Of a stretch of DNA of 64,000 nucleotides, positions 10,187 through 20,101 are shown one piece after another. The stretch lies in the NCBI GenBank assembly GCA_028867025.1, contig JAGWHC010000002.1, forward strand, positions 2,561 to 66,560. The letters run 5' to 3'. How positions within the stretch are numbered: the first letter of the stretch is position 1; each line of letters opens with the position of its first letter. The translations under genes were made by a program, and so were the position numbers. A model generated the notes under the pieces. That model did not search any database, was not told the DNA's origin, and was given only the letters and a program-made list of their open reading frames with translations. This DNA is from Candidatus Micrarchaeota archaeon. GTDB taxonomy: Archaea > Micrarchaeota > Micrarchaeia > Micrarchaeales > CABMGC01.

Positions 10187-10408
10187 ATGCGATGCGAAAG
10201 ATGCGGCAGAGACCTCTTCAAGTTCGTCACGTGTAACTATTGCAACAGGAAGATAGGGCAGGAGTGCGTAAAGAGCTCGAAGAGGAAGACGAAGGTAGTC
10301 AAGCTCGTGATATGCAAGGACTGCTGGAGCATCCTGCCGAGAAGGAAGGCGTACAAGAACAACGAGGCCTCATTGCAGGCGATCCAGCCGCAGCAGCCGC
10401 GATATTGA
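10187..10408 (+). CDS. Small CxxC zinc-ribbon protein
   Basis: This 73-aa protein has paired cysteines: CERC, CNYC and CKDC. A TATA-like ATTTTAAATG lies upstream. No family was recognised. Confidence 0.45.
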   Translation: MRCERCGRDLFKFVTCNYCNRKIGQECVKSSKRKTKVVKLVICKDCWSILPRRKAYKNNEASLQAIQPQQPRY

Positions 10409-13400
10409 TTATTTTCTCTCAACGGTGAGCTTTAGCTTCTCGTCCTCTATGTCAAACTCCTTAGCTTCTGCTCCCTCCGCTACGCCTTCGCGCAGCTCTG
10501 TCGCGTTGACATCTTTCTTTATCTTCGCCTGGTTCCTCTTCACTATCTCAGCGAGCGGGACACTTGCCTCGTAGCGCACCGCTATCTTGTCTGTCTTCTT
10601 CATCAATTTCTCCTTTCGGGCCAGCTGCACCCTCCTCTCAAACTCCCTTATCATGCCCTCCTCCCACAGTTCCTTGCTTATCTCCTTGTCCACAGAGGCA
10701 ATGCCGTGCTTGAACACGATGGCGTTTTCGCTATCCAGCTTCTGCACGATGGTGAAGTGCGCAGCGGTCACATCCGCAAGGCCCCTGTCCGTGTGCAGGG
10801 AATAGTGGCCGCTATCCGCAACTGCGCTTTCCAGCTTGTCAGGGTCCTCTTTTCTTAGCGCATCTGCGACAGCCCCTGCTTTCTCCTTGAAGGACGGCCC
10901 TATCTCAGCAAACACGGGCCGAACCTCTTTCCTGAATCCCTCAACCTTTCTCACAGTCACCTTCTTTATGTTGGTGTAGTCCTCTACCAAACCGGAGAGC
11001 TTCTCAAGCGCAAGCTGCGTTTTGTCATCTTTGACCTCGACGAGGCCGTTGGCAAGCGGCCATCTTAACTTTACGTTTGACTTCTCCCTGCTGTTTAGAA
11101 GCGCAGTTATCGCGTCTCTCGCTACCGCGAACTCGCCCTCGAGCTCCGCATTTACCGCCTTCCTGTCGGCCCTCGGCCAGTCTTCCATCGACACGCTCTC
11201 CTTGTTTCCGTAGAGCTGCAGGTAGATGTGCTCCGTGGAGAAGGGGATTATTGGTGCAGACATTATTACTATGCTTTTCAGCACGTAGGCCACAAGATTG
11301 GCGATTCGTTTCAGCTCGCCCTTCTTTGCGCTGCCAGCCCGCTTCTTCGCCATTCTCAGGTAGAACCTGCTGAAATCCTCAACAAAGAAGCTTTTCATCT
11401 CGTTTACCGCGGTGTCTAGCATGTATGCGTCGAAGCTTGCATCGAACCTGCCGATCAGCGTGTTGAGCCTCGAGATTATCCACGCGTCTTCAGCGGAGAG
11501 CGAAGCGACTCTCGGTTTCTTCACGCTTTTGAGGTCAATCCCCGACAGCGTGGCGAGCTCCTTGACCAACTCAGCTGTGTTGTAAAGCGTGATTATGTCC
11601 CTGTCCGCCTCGACCATCTCGTCCTTCTTCAACTTCAGTTCTTGCCATCTCGGGTGGCTCGAGGACCACAGCCTGAAGCCGTCAGCGCTTGCTATTTTGA
11701 AGAGGTCGTTCGCTGTCACCGCATTTCCGAGGTGCCTGTGCATCTCCCCGCCGAACTGGTCCTTCATCATGCCTCCGATTATGACTGTGTTGAAAGGCGT
11801 CTTGCCATATGTGGCCACGCTAGTGCGCATCAGCGTTGCGAACCAGCCCCTCAGCTGCTCGTTGCTTTCTGTTATCCAGTCTGCGGGAAACAGCTCTCTG
11901 AATTCCTCGTCGTTCAGGCTTGCGGTATGGGCTATCCCAGCATCGTACCAGACATCGATTACGTCTGGTATTCTGCTCATCTCCCCGTGGCACTTGGAGC
12001 ACTCGAATTTAACCTCATCTATGTAGGGCCTGTGCAGATCATCGGGCACCTTCTTGCCCTTGGCGCGCTCTGCAAGTTCCTTCACCGATCCTATTACCTC
12101 CACCTCACCGCACGATGCGCAGACCCAGATGGGTATCGGCGTTCCCCAATACCTCTGCCTGGTTATGGTCCAGTCAGGCGAGCTGTTTATCGCCTCCGCG
12201 AACCACTCCTGCCCTGCTTCGGGCTGCCATCTGACCTTCTGGTTCTGTTTTATCATCTTCTTCTTGATTTTCTGCACGTTGATGAACCACTGCTCTGTTG
12301 CCCTGTAGATGAGCTTGCTGCCGCATCTCCAGCAGTGAGGGTAGCTGTGCTTGACCTCTCCCTGCCCCAGCAGCGCCCCAGAATTCGTAAGGTCTTCAAG
12401 CACGCGTGCGTTGGCTTCGTCCGGCACCTTCAATCCAGAATAGGCGCCCGCCTCCTCGGTGTACCTTGCATGCGTGTCGACTGGTGAGAACATGGGCAGC
12501 CTATGTTCCCTTCCGAGTTTCTCGTCCTCTATTCCGTGGCCAGGCGCGACGTGAAGCAGTCCGCTCCCCTCGGACACTGTCACGAAGGTCTCGCTCAGGA
12601 TCACTTTGTGGTACTTTCTCAGTTCCTTCTGCATCGGCACCTTGTCTTCAAGCGGGCTCACGAATCTTATCCCCTCCAGTTCGCTGCCGTAGAACTCCTT
12701 GGTCACAACAGCGCTTTGTTTCATCATGCTTGCAAACTCATCCAGCCTCTCCTTCGCCACCACGTAGTTCCTTCCCTCGATTTTTGCGATTACGTACAGC
12801 TCCTTAGGATTGACCGCTATGGCCACGTTTGCCGGCAGAGTCCAGGGAGTCGTGGTCCAGACAACCAGATACGTTTCCGGCTCCAGCTCCACCTTGTCGC
12901 TCTTGCTTCTCAGCGTCCTGAAAGCGAGGAACAGCGAGGGATCCGTATCCTCTTGGTACTCAAGCTCGATGCTTCCTCCCGCAAGCACGGTTTCGCAGTG
13001 CGGGCAGTATGCCAAGGGCTTCATTCCCTTGTACACAAGACCCTTGTCGTATATCTTCTTGAAGATCTCCCAGCCCTTGCTCATGTACTCCTTCTTGAAC
13101 GGGAGGTAAACGTGCTCAAAATCGAATGACGCTCCCAGTCTTCTCAGAGTCTCGGTGTCCTTTTCAATCCCCTTGTCTACAAGCGCCCTGCAGGCCTGCA
13201 CGAAAGCTGCAATGCCTATCTTCTTCTCTATATCCATCTTGGACGTGATTCCCAGGTCCTTCTCCACCCTGTTCTCAGTGGGCAGGCCGTGGACGTCGAA
13301 TCCGTTGCGGTCATGCACCCTGAACCTTCTCTGCTTCTTGTACCTCACCACCATGTCCTTTATCGTGGTCACCCACATGTGGTGCGCTGCGAGTTCGCTG

Positions 13401-13546
13401 TAAGCATAGGGCGGCCCGTCAAGGAAGTAGAACTTCTTTCCGTGTCCGAGCGCCCTGACCTTGCTGTTGATGTCGTGTTCCTTCCAGTAGCTTAGTATGC
13501 TCTCTTCGCGCTCTCTGAGGTCAAGCATTGCAACACCAATGAGCAA
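10409..13546 (-). CDS. ileS: Isoleucyl-tRNA synthetase homologue (class Ia) with non-canonical catalytic signatures
   Basis: IleRS hallmarks are present: WTTTPWTLPAN, GSGLLHVAPGHG, PHCWRCGSKLIY and TRQRYWGTPIPIW. The protein is 1045 aa, the archaeal length. The HIGH position reads AAHH and the KMSKS position reads EMHRH. The start may be the ATG at 13528. Confidence 0.8.
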   Translation of the reverse strand: MLIGVAMLDLREREESILSYWKEHDINSKVRALGHGKKFYFLDGPPYAYSELAAHHMWVTTIKDMVVRYKKQRRFRVHDRNGFDVHGLPTENRVEKDLGITSKMDIEKKIGIAAFVQACRALVDKGIEKDTETLRRLGASFDFEHVYLPFKKEYMSKGWEIFKKIYDKGLVYKGMKPLAYCPHCETVLAGGSIELEYQEDTDPSLFLAFRTLRSKSDKVELEPETYLVVWTTTPWTLPANVAIAVNPKELYVIAKIEGRNYVVAKERLDEFASMMKQSAVVTKEFYGSELEGIRFVSPLEDKVPMQKELRKYHKVILSETFVTVSEGSGLLHVAPGHGIEDEKLGREHRLPMFSPVDTHARYTEEAGAYSGLKVPDEANARVLEDLTNSGALLGQGEVKHSYPHCWRCGSKLIYRATEQWFINVQKIKKKMIKQNQKVRWQPEAGQEWFAEAINSSPDWTITRQRYWGTPIPIWVCASCGEVEVIGSVKELAERAKGKKVPDDLHRPYIDEVKFECSKCHGEMSRIPDVIDVWYDAGIAHTASLNDEEFRELFPADWITESNEQLRGWFATLMRTSVATYGKTPFNTVIIGGMMKDQFGGEMHRHLGNAVTANDLFKIASADGFRLWSSSHPRWQELKLKKDEMVEADRDIITLYNTAELVKELATLSGIDLKSVKKPRVASLSAEDAWIISRLNTLIGRFDASFDAYMLDTAVNEMKSFFVEDFSRFYLRMAKKRAGSAKKGELKRIANLVAYVLKSIVIMSAPIIPFSTEHIYLQLYGNKESVSMEDWPRADRKAVNAELEGEFAVARDAITALLNSREKSNVKLRWPLANGLVEVKDDKTQLALEKLSGLVEDYTNIKKVTVRKVEGFRKEVRPVFAEIGPSFKEKAGAVADALRKEDPDKLESAVADSGHYSLHTDRGLADVTAAHFTIVQKLDSENAIVFKHGIASVDKEISKELWEEGMIREFERRVQLARKEKLMKKTDKIAVRYEASVPLAEIVKRNQAKIKKDVNATELREGVAEGAEAKEFDIEDEKLKLTVERK

Positions 13547-13606
13547 TTAGGATTAACACTTGTTTGCTATTATTATAAAGATTATGTATTATATTCTCGT
13601 GATTTT

Positions 13607-14161
13607 GTGAGAAGCGCGGATATGGTCTCGCTCTTCAGGCTAGTTGTCCTTGCGCTCGTAATCTATCTTGTGCTTGTCAAGTATTCGGCCACTGTTGTCA
13701 TCCCGCTGATCGTCTTCCTCTTTCTTCTGGATTGGGTCGACGGCTATCTCGCGGCCCAGGACGAGAAGGCACCGCCGAGGTACGGCGCCTACCTTGACAT
13801 AGCGATCGACAGGATAATAGAGTACGCCTTCTGGCTCCTGTTCACCCTTCTTTCAATCCTTCCGTGGTTCGTGATAGCGATAGTGTTCGCGAGGAACACC
13901 GTCGCAGACTACCTGGTGACCAGGAAGGGAATGACCTTCAGCAGCATGAAAAGCGGCTTCGGGAGAATAGCGTCATCGCACATCATAAGGGGCGCGTACG
14001 CGGTACTCAAGGCGGTGAACTTCGCCTATCTTGCCCTGATCGTTGTCCTGGGCCTGCCGCCCTCTGGATGGCCGATCCTGGTGGCCTACGGGCTTACCAC
14101 GGTAGTCGTCGCTTTCTCCCTAATACGCGGCGCGGCCGAGATACATGAAGCCCTCCGCTGA
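13607..14161 (+). CDS. CDP-alcohol phosphatidyltransferase family membrane protein
   Basis: LDWVDGYLAAQDEKAPPRYGAYLDIAIDRIIE matches the D-G-x2-A-x(8-9)-G-x3-D-x3-D signature. There are several TM helices. Confidence 0.6.
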   Translation: MRSADMVSLFRLVVLALVIYLVLVKYSATVVIPLIVFLFLLDWVDGYLAAQDEKAPPRYGAYLDIAIDRIIEYAFWLLFTLLSILPWFVIAIVFARNTVADYLVTRKGMTFSSMKSGFGRIASSHIIRGAYAVLKAVNFAYLALIVVLGLPPSGWPILVAYGLTTVVVAFSLIRGAAEIHEALR

Positions 14162-14195
14162 TACGCTAATAAATCCCATTCTCTTATTCTCAAAC

Positions 14196-14672
14196 ATGAG
14201 GCTTCAATCCGCGATGGAGTTCCTGATAACCTACGGGTGGGCCTTCACCATAATAGCCATAGTGCTCCTGGCGCTCTTCGTCAGCGGCTACTTCAGCCCC
14301 TCCAACTACGCGGGGCAGGAATGCACGCTCACCTCGGGCTTCAGCTGCCTCAGCTTCTTCCTTTACTCCAACGGCATACTGAGCGTGAACCTGCAGCAGT
14401 CGCTCAGCGTGCCAATCAACGTGACCATGATAGGCTGCAACCAGAACGGCTCGATAGCGAGGATGCAGAAGCCTTTCAACCCCCCGAGCAACCAGATATT
14501 CATGTCTATCGGAGGCAACTACACCTTCAGCGTTGCATGCTACACTGGCACTGGCCCGCTCGCCGGCAACACTGTCAGCGTGTTCAACGGCGCGCTCATA
14601 ATCAACTACACCAACGATGAGACGCAGCTTCCGGGAACAGCAATCGGCCGCGTGGTTGCCAAACCAATCTAA
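14196..14672 (+). CDS. Archaeal type IV pilin-like protein (class III signal peptide)
   Basis: The N-terminus MRLQSAMEFLITYGWAFTIIAIVLLALFV is the prepilin-like QSAMEYL plus hydrophobic-helix pattern. It is followed by a beta-rich, sequon-containing domain. The start is taken at the ATG at 14196. Confidence 0.65.
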   Translation: MRLQSAMEFLITYGWAFTIIAIVLLALFVSGYFSPSNYAGQECTLTSGFSCLSFFLYSNGILSVNLQQSLSVPINVTMIGCNQNGSIARMQKPFNPPSNQIFMSIGGNYTFSVACYTGTGPLAGNTVSVFNGALIINYTNDETQLPGTAIGRVVAKPI

Positions 14673-14752
14673 TTTCCGTCGTATAAGGAGTTTTTTCCGA
14701 AGAAGCCCGCAAAACTTAATAAACTCAATTATGCATATAACTGCGTGCCGCG

Positions 14753-16072
14753 ATGATGAACCCTGACGATTTCTACAACCTTGAATCACTCGTATTCGAA
14801 GAGCTCGAGAGCAAGCTCAGCGACATTCCCGAGGAGGCTGACAGGAACAGGCGCATAGAGTCCATAGCCAAGACGATTTCGCCCGCAGTGGCGCAGGAAG
14901 ACATAAGGAAGGTCATCGCCGACTCAAAAACATTCGGAGTGCTTGACAAGTACCTTAGCAATGACAACGTCGAGGACATAATGGTCAACAACACCAGCAA
15001 CATGTTCATCTACGCCGCTGGCAAGGGATACGAGAAGGTGGGCGACGTGTTCCTGAGCAAAAAGGAGCTCGACCTGCTCGTCAAAAAGCTGAAGATGTAC
15101 GCCACAACCTCGCTCTCGAACAGGAGGATATTCGACGTGCACCTGCCCAACGGCTCGCGTGTGAACATAGTGGACTCGCCGCTTGGCGCCGACATAACAA
15201 TCAGGAACTTCAAGAAGAGCGTATTGAGCATAATAGATCTGATCAACAACAACGAGCTGAGCTACAACCTCGCTGGTAGGCTCTGGCTCTACACAGAAGG
15301 CCTGAAAGTCAGGCCCGCGAACCTGCTGATAGGGGGAATGCCTGCGAGCGGCAAGACGACGCTGCTGAACGCCATGTTCAGCTTCTTCAGGCCGGAGGAG
15401 AGGGTGGTGGTGCTGGAGGAGACATACGAGCTCAACACAGAGATGCAGGAGAACACAGTGAGGCTGGAGACAAGCCCGGAGCTGCCGATGGAGGAGCTGG
15501 TCAAGAACGCCCTGCGAATGAGGCCCGACCTTATAATAATTGGCGAGGTGCGAGGCGTCGAGGCCAAGGACATGCTCACCGCGATGAACATAGGCAAGAT
15601 CTCGATGGGCACGATACACGCGAGCACCGCCAGGGATGTAATCACTAGGCTTGAGCACTCGCCCATGGATATCGAGATGGACATAGTGCCGCTGATAGAC
15701 GCGATAATAGTGGTGTCGCAGGTGAACGAGAGCAACAAGCTCGTCAGGAAGATCACCCAGGTATCGGAGATATCTGGCATAGAGACGCAGGTCCTTCTGT
15801 CGGATCTCTACGTCTACGACTACAAGACGCACAAGAGCTCGGACGTGCTGCCGAGCGTGACATACAGGGACACGCTAGCGAGGCTCACCGGGTACACGCC
15901 CACCGAGATAGTCATAGAGGAGCAGAGGCGCGGCAAGATACTCGAAAGGCTGAACAAGCTCGGTGTAAAGGACATGAAGGGGATAAGCGCGTTCGTAAGG
16001 GAGTACTACCAGGACCCGAGGAAGGCGCTCGCGAAGATAGACCTCTCGAACCTGGGCACGCTGCCCTGGTGA
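14753..16072 (+). CDS. FlaI/PilB/VirB11-family secretion ATPase (type IV filament assembly ATPase)
   Basis: It has Walker A GGMPASGKTTLLNAM, an Asp box VVLEETYEL, Walker B RMRPDLIIIGEVRG and a His-box-like GTIHAS. Confidence 0.85.
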   Translation: MMNPDDFYNLESLVFEELESKLSDIPEEADRNRRIESIAKTISPAVAQEDIRKVIADSKTFGVLDKYLSNDNVEDIMVNNTSNMFIYAAGKGYEKVGDVFLSKKELDLLVKKLKMYATTSLSNRRIFDVHLPNGSRVNIVDSPLGADITIRNFKKSVLSIIDLINNNELSYNLAGRLWLYTEGLKVRPANLLIGGMPASGKTTLLNAMFSFFRPEERVVVLEETYELNTEMQENTVRLETSPELPMEELVKNALRMRPDLIIIGEVRGVEAKDMLTAMNIGKISMGTIHASTARDVITRLEHSPMDIEMDIVPLIDAIIVVSQVNESNKLVRKITQVSEISGIETQVLLSDLYVYDYKTHKSSDVLPSVTYRDTLARLTGYTPTEIVIEEQRRGKILERLNKLGVKDMKGISAFVREYYQDPRKALAKIDLSNLGTLPW

Positions 16073-16159
16073 CAAAACCAAGCGAGGCAGCCCATTTTAT
16101 CGGCGAGCAAATCTAACATCAAGCTATATAAAAGAGGCAGAGCGACTAGTAGCGATTAT

Positions 16160-16963
16160 ATGAAGCTTAGAGAGCACAAGAAAGAAATCGCGGTTGGAGG
16201 AACGGTAGGAGGCCTTGGAACTGCCGGAGCTGTTTTATACGAAGCCGGCGCTGCACTGCAGGATATCGTTCGTGGAGTATCACCAAACGTGGTCACAGAG
16301 ACCATACCGAAAGTGGTGAAGGAGAATGTGAGTAGCGTAGTCCAGAAGTTCACTCCTATGTACAGCGGCCCTGATCCCTCGCAAATATGGAATGTTTTCC
16401 CTACCGCGGTCCACAGTGGCTGGGGCTTCGGGGCATACTGGAACTCAACGTATAGCGTTACGGCTGGGTTTAACCTCGATGCACTTTTCCGTGTAGGGAA
16501 TGCCACTATGGCTTCTGTCACCACAATGGCCAGCAGCGTAAAGGCAACATTTCCTGGATCTCCTCAAATAGTTCAGCAGTTTCCGCCGGGGCATGCTCTG
16601 CTGTCGCAAGGAAATTCTACTTTGATAAATGCAGGACCTGGCCATGTGGTAAAGCTTACCTTCGATGGGCTAACGTACGTGAACGGCACGCAGCAGGGCG
16701 TATTCTCTGCAATCTCTGAAAAGGTACAGAACGTCACTGTTTTTCACACAAAGCAAGTCATAGATTTCGTGCAGCAGCAGGTAGCCGCCAATCAAAGCGC
16801 TGTGGATTTCGCTAACAAACACATATTGCCGCTCGCCCAGTCTGAAACAACCCTCGGCACTGTACTGATTGCCGCGGCCGCAGCGATCGCCAGCGTGGCC
16901 ATCATAATAGGCATCGTGAAGAAGGACCGTGAACTCGGCGATTCAGAAGGCAAGCCGGTGTGA
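16160..16963 (+). CDS. Hypothetical membrane-anchored protein
   Basis: It has a Gly-rich hydrophobic N-terminal segment and a C-terminal TM helix (TVLIAAAAAIASVAIIIGIV). A TATA-like CTATATAAAAG lies upstream. No family was recognised. Confidence 0.4.
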   Translation: MKLREHKKEIAVGGTVGGLGTAGAVLYEAGAALQDIVRGVSPNVVTETIPKVVKENVSSVVQKFTPMYSGPDPSQIWNVFPTAVHSGWGFGAYWNSTYSVTAGFNLDALFRVGNATMASVTTMASSVKATFPGSPQIVQQFPPGHALLSQGNSTLINAGPGHVVKLTFDGLTYVNGTQQGVFSAISEKVQNVTVFHTKQVIDFVQQQVAANQSAVDFANKHILPLAQSETTLGTVLIAAAAAIASVAIIIGIVKKDRELGDSEGKPV

Positions 16964-16983
16964 TAGCAAAGAGTTCTGGTTAG

Positions 16984-18081
16984 CTACGGCAGCCAGTCCT
17001 CCTTCCTTATTTTCTCGCGTATGTAGTCGCCTACGAAAGTAAGCTTCGGCCCCTGAAGCGCATCCTGCTCAAGCTTGATCTTGCTTTTTATCATGCGCTC
17101 GAGCTCGACCACCCACTCCTTGTGCTTCTTTATCCATTCATACTGAAGCATCTCCTGTGCGCGCTTCAGGTCAACATCGCTCGCCTTTATCGTCAGTTTC
17201 TTCAGGAACTCGTACTTGTCAAGGTCGGCCATTGTCACTCCAAGGAACCTCGCTTCCGGGGTTGCGACATCCTCACCTATGTAGGCGAGGTTTATGCTAC
17301 CGGTCTTTATCGTCCAGTAGATGTACCATCCCCACGCATCGGAATCAGTGAAAACATAAACAGGGAGACCCTTATCTGCCAGCTTCCTTATCAGCCTTCG
17401 CGTTCCACGCGTTGCCTGGCCCTGCGGCGATATCAGTATGCAGTTTTCCTTCTTCCAGAACTTGTCCTCGTTAAGCCTCTGCCATATCGCGTCCTTCTCA
17501 ACCACGATTACGTACTTCGCCTTCACGTCAACGAACTCGATGTCGTTGTCCACATCGCTCGGTATCGCCCAGCCGCTCCTTCCCATCTTGCTCGCGTCTA
17601 TCTCCTGGCGCTCGTTGCCGAACGTGTCTATCACCTTGAGGTTGCCGGCCAACACTCCCTTTCTGTTCGCGTTGAGGTTCAGCTCCTCACGCTTCACCCC
17701 GAGCGATACCTCAAGGTCCTCGATCAGCGGATTGCTCTCTGCCTGCTCGCTGAATATGCTCTCGTCAACGTCTTCGCCGAGCGAGAACTTAAGCTGGTAG
17801 AACAGGCCCCTTATTGTGGTGTGGAGGTTCTCCTGCAGGAACTTGTGGCACTTCGCCGCTATCGCCACCGTCTGCATGAACTTCTTCGATTGGGCCACGT
17901 TGATGAAGTTCCTCTCCTCCTTCGCGCTTCCAAGCCTGAGATAGCCCTCTTTCTTATCGAAGAGTATGTTGCTCCTCGTCCTCGCGGCTGTAACGAACCT
18001 TGGGTTCTTGCCCTCTTTGATCTCGTAGGCTATGCCCTCTCCAAGCCCCTCTATTTTCTTGAGTGCCGCCTTGTCCTGCAC
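16984..18081 (-). CDS. top6A: DNA topoisomerase VI subunit A (Spo11 family)
   Basis: The Toprim region is YVIVVEKDAIWQRL ... VYVFTDSDAWGWYIY and the 5Y-CAP region contains RGLFYQLK. The gene lies 4 nt downstream of lonB. Confidence 0.85.
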   Translation of the reverse strand: MQDKAALKKIEGLGEGIAYEIKEGKNPRFVTAARTRSNILFDKKEGYLRLGSAKEERNFINVAQSKKFMQTVAIAAKCHKFLQENLHTTIRGLFYQLKFSLGEDVDESIFSEQAESNPLIEDLEVSLGVKREELNLNANRKGVLAGNLKVIDTFGNERQEIDASKMGRSGWAIPSDVDNDIEFVDVKAKYVIVVEKDAIWQRLNEDKFWKKENCILISPQGQATRGTRRLIRKLADKGLPVYVFTDSDAWGWYIYWTIKTGSINLAYIGEDVATPEARFLGVTMADLDKYEFLKKLTIKASDVDLKRAQEMLQYEWIKKHKEWVVELERMIKSKIKLEQDALQGPKLTFVGDYIREKIRKEDWLP

Positions 18082-18085
18082 GCGA

Positions 18086-20101
18086 TCACTTCACCGCAGG
18101 CATCGATGCACCGACCACGAGCGGCGGCCTCTCCCTCGAGTCCGCGGTAAGGTAGTGCCTCAGCTCCCTTATTATCTCGTTCCTCCTTCCGCTCGGCTTG
18201 AGCGAGTAGCCCAGCACGTCTGCTATGTTTCTGGCGTACAGCAGCCTGACCTTCCTCGCCATTCCGCTGTCCAGATAGACATCATCCTTGTTGCTCTCCG
18301 GTATTATCACGTACTTTATCCCGGCCTCGATCGCGGCCCTCACCTTCGCGGTTATTCCGCCTACAGGAAGCACCATGCCTCGCACAGAAAGCGAGCCGGT
18401 CATCGCCACGTCCTGCTTGACCGGTATGCCCTCCAGGGCGGATATCACGCTGACAGCTACAGAGACGCTGGCGCTATCGCCCTCAACACCGGCATATGTC
18501 TGTATGAACTGGACGTGTATGTCATAGCTCGCTATGTCGCGGTGCATGTGCCTCTTTATCACTGCGCTTATGTTCTTCACAGCTTCCTTCGCTATTGTGC
18601 CGAGCTTGCCCGTGGCTATGAGCTTGCCCTCGGCTCGCGAGCTTGCGGGTGTAACCTCCGCTGCTATGGGAGTGACTATGCCTGTAGCTGTGACGTTGGC
18701 CCCCATAACTGCCAGGCCGTTGACCCTGCCTATCGCATATCCCTTGGTGTTGAACACCCTGTAGTCCTTCGTGTACTCGAGCTCCTGCTCTGCGTACTGC
18801 GCCTCGATCGGCTTCGCATAGCCCAGGGCCTCAAGCACCTCCTCCCTTCCCACCGCCTTCTTGCCCCTCTCCGTGGCTATGTCCCCAGCGGCCCTCACAA
18901 GTCCGCCAAGGTCCCTGAGTATGAGCGTAAGCCTGTGCTTCCTTCCGGCGCGCCTCCTGGCGTCGTTGATCACCTCCATGCACGCCGCATAGTTGAACGG
19001 AGGTATGCGCGTGTCCTTCGCGATCTCCTGCGCTATGAACCTGACTATGTTCTCCCTGTTCTCGTTGTTGTCAGGCATTGTCGACTCCATGTACACCTCG
19101 TATCCGTACCCGCGTATTCTTGACCTGAGCGCAGGGTGCATGCGCTCCATGTCCGCAAGGTTTCCTGCCGCTACGAGCAGGAAGTCAGCAGGAACGGGCT
19201 CCGTCCTGACTATCGCCCCTGAGCTAAGCTCGCTCTGTCCTGTTATCGAATATTTCTTCTCCTGCATCGCTGTCAGCAGTTCCTGCTGCGACTTGGGCTC
19301 GAGGTCCGCGATTTCGTCTATGAAAAGTACGCCCTTGTTAGCCCTGTGGACCGCGCCGCTCTCAACCCTGAGGTGCGCCGGCGTTCCTAGGCCACCGCTC
19401 TGCAGCGGATCGTGCTTAACGTCTCCGAGCAGCGCGCCTGCGCGGGATCCGGTGGCGTCGACGAATGGCGCGTGGGTCATGCCAGTGTTGTCCACTATCA
19501 GCTTGGGCTCGTTCGACTCGAAGAAGCCCGGGAACATTCCAACACGCCTGAAGCTGCCAACGAACACTACAGCGGAAGCGAATATGAGCACTCCGAGTAT
19601 CAGCGCGGCGAACACGAGTATCTCGTAGCCGGTCAGGAAGCTGCTCAGCGCTACGGCAAGGAGCAGTATGATGAGCAGCGCAGTTATCGGCACGACGTTG
19701 CTTCTGCCCTGCGACGTGTCTATCCTTCCCCTGAGCTTCTCCCTCTGCACCATCTGCCTGCCCTGCCCGTCGCCGAGCGGCTTGGGTTTCTCGCCAGGTT
19801 TGAGCTCGACCTTCGGATATGTCTTGACTGTCTTGACAACAGGCCTGTTCTCGTCGTTCGGATTCTTGTAGACGAGCACGTCCTCGAGGTCTGCGACCGG
19901 CATAAGCTCTGCCATCGCCTGCGCGAGCATCGTCTTGCCGGTTCCCGGGCTGCCTATAAGAAGCACGTTCCTGTGCTGCTTCGCGGCCTTCTTGACTATG
20001 TCCACTGCCCTGTCTTGGCCTATGACCTGGTCTACAAGCTTGTTAGAGAGCTTTATCTCAGCGGTGGTCGTGAATCTCTTCATATAACCATTATATAGCA
20101 C
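18086..20101 (-). CDS. lonB: Archaeal membrane-bound Lon protease (LonB)
   Basis: It has Walker A GSPGTGKT and two TM helices inserted in the AAA+ module. The Lon protease domain carries GVEGDSASV (Ser) and GGITAKV (Lys). Confidence 0.9.
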   Translation of the reverse strand: MLYNGYMKRFTTTAEIKLSNKLVDQVIGQDRAVDIVKKAAKQHRNVLLIGSPGTGKTMLAQAMAELMPVADLEDVLVYKNPNDENRPVVKTVKTYPKVELKPGEKPKPLGDGQGRQMVQREKLRGRIDTSQGRSNVVPITALLIILLLAVALSSFLTGYEILVFAALILGVLIFASAVVFVGSFRRVGMFPGFFESNEPKLIVDNTGMTHAPFVDATGSRAGALLGDVKHDPLQSGGLGTPAHLRVESGAVHRANKGVLFIDEIADLEPKSQQELLTAMQEKKYSITGQSELSSGAIVRTEPVPADFLLVAAGNLADMERMHPALRSRIRGYGYEVYMESTMPDNNENRENIVRFIAQEIAKDTRIPPFNYAACMEVINDARRRAGRKHRLTLILRDLGGLVRAAGDIATERGKKAVGREEVLEALGYAKPIEAQYAEQELEYTKDYRVFNTKGYAIGRVNGLAVMGANVTATGIVTPIAAEVTPASSRAEGKLIATGKLGTIAKEAVKNISAVIKRHMHRDIASYDIHVQFIQTYAGVEGDSASVSVAVSVISALEGIPVKQDVAMTGSLSVRGMVLPVGGITAKVRAAIEAGIKYVIIPESNKDDVYLDSGMARKVRLLYARNIADVLGYSLKPSGRRNEIIRELRHYLTADSRERPPLVVGASMPAVK

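Noticed and set aside
16984-18081. top6A is not adjacent to top6B; lonB lies upstream and an unrelated gene downstream.
   Set aside because: Separation of the two Topo VI subunit genes occurs in various archaea. Absence from this window says nothing about the genome.
17122-18150. A 342-aa ORF antisense to top6A, plus similar long antisense or alternative-frame ORFs: 14924..15832, 8840..9799, 7915..8568, 11642..12487, 12503..13129, 18032..19123, 19412..20098, 20775..21389, 43407..44078, 45487..46245 and 62221..63075.
   Set aside because: All are nested opposite or out of frame with genes that have clear family signatures. Their translations are Arg/His/Leu/Val/Pro-rich with no motifs. This is typical of shadow ORFs produced by biased codon usage.
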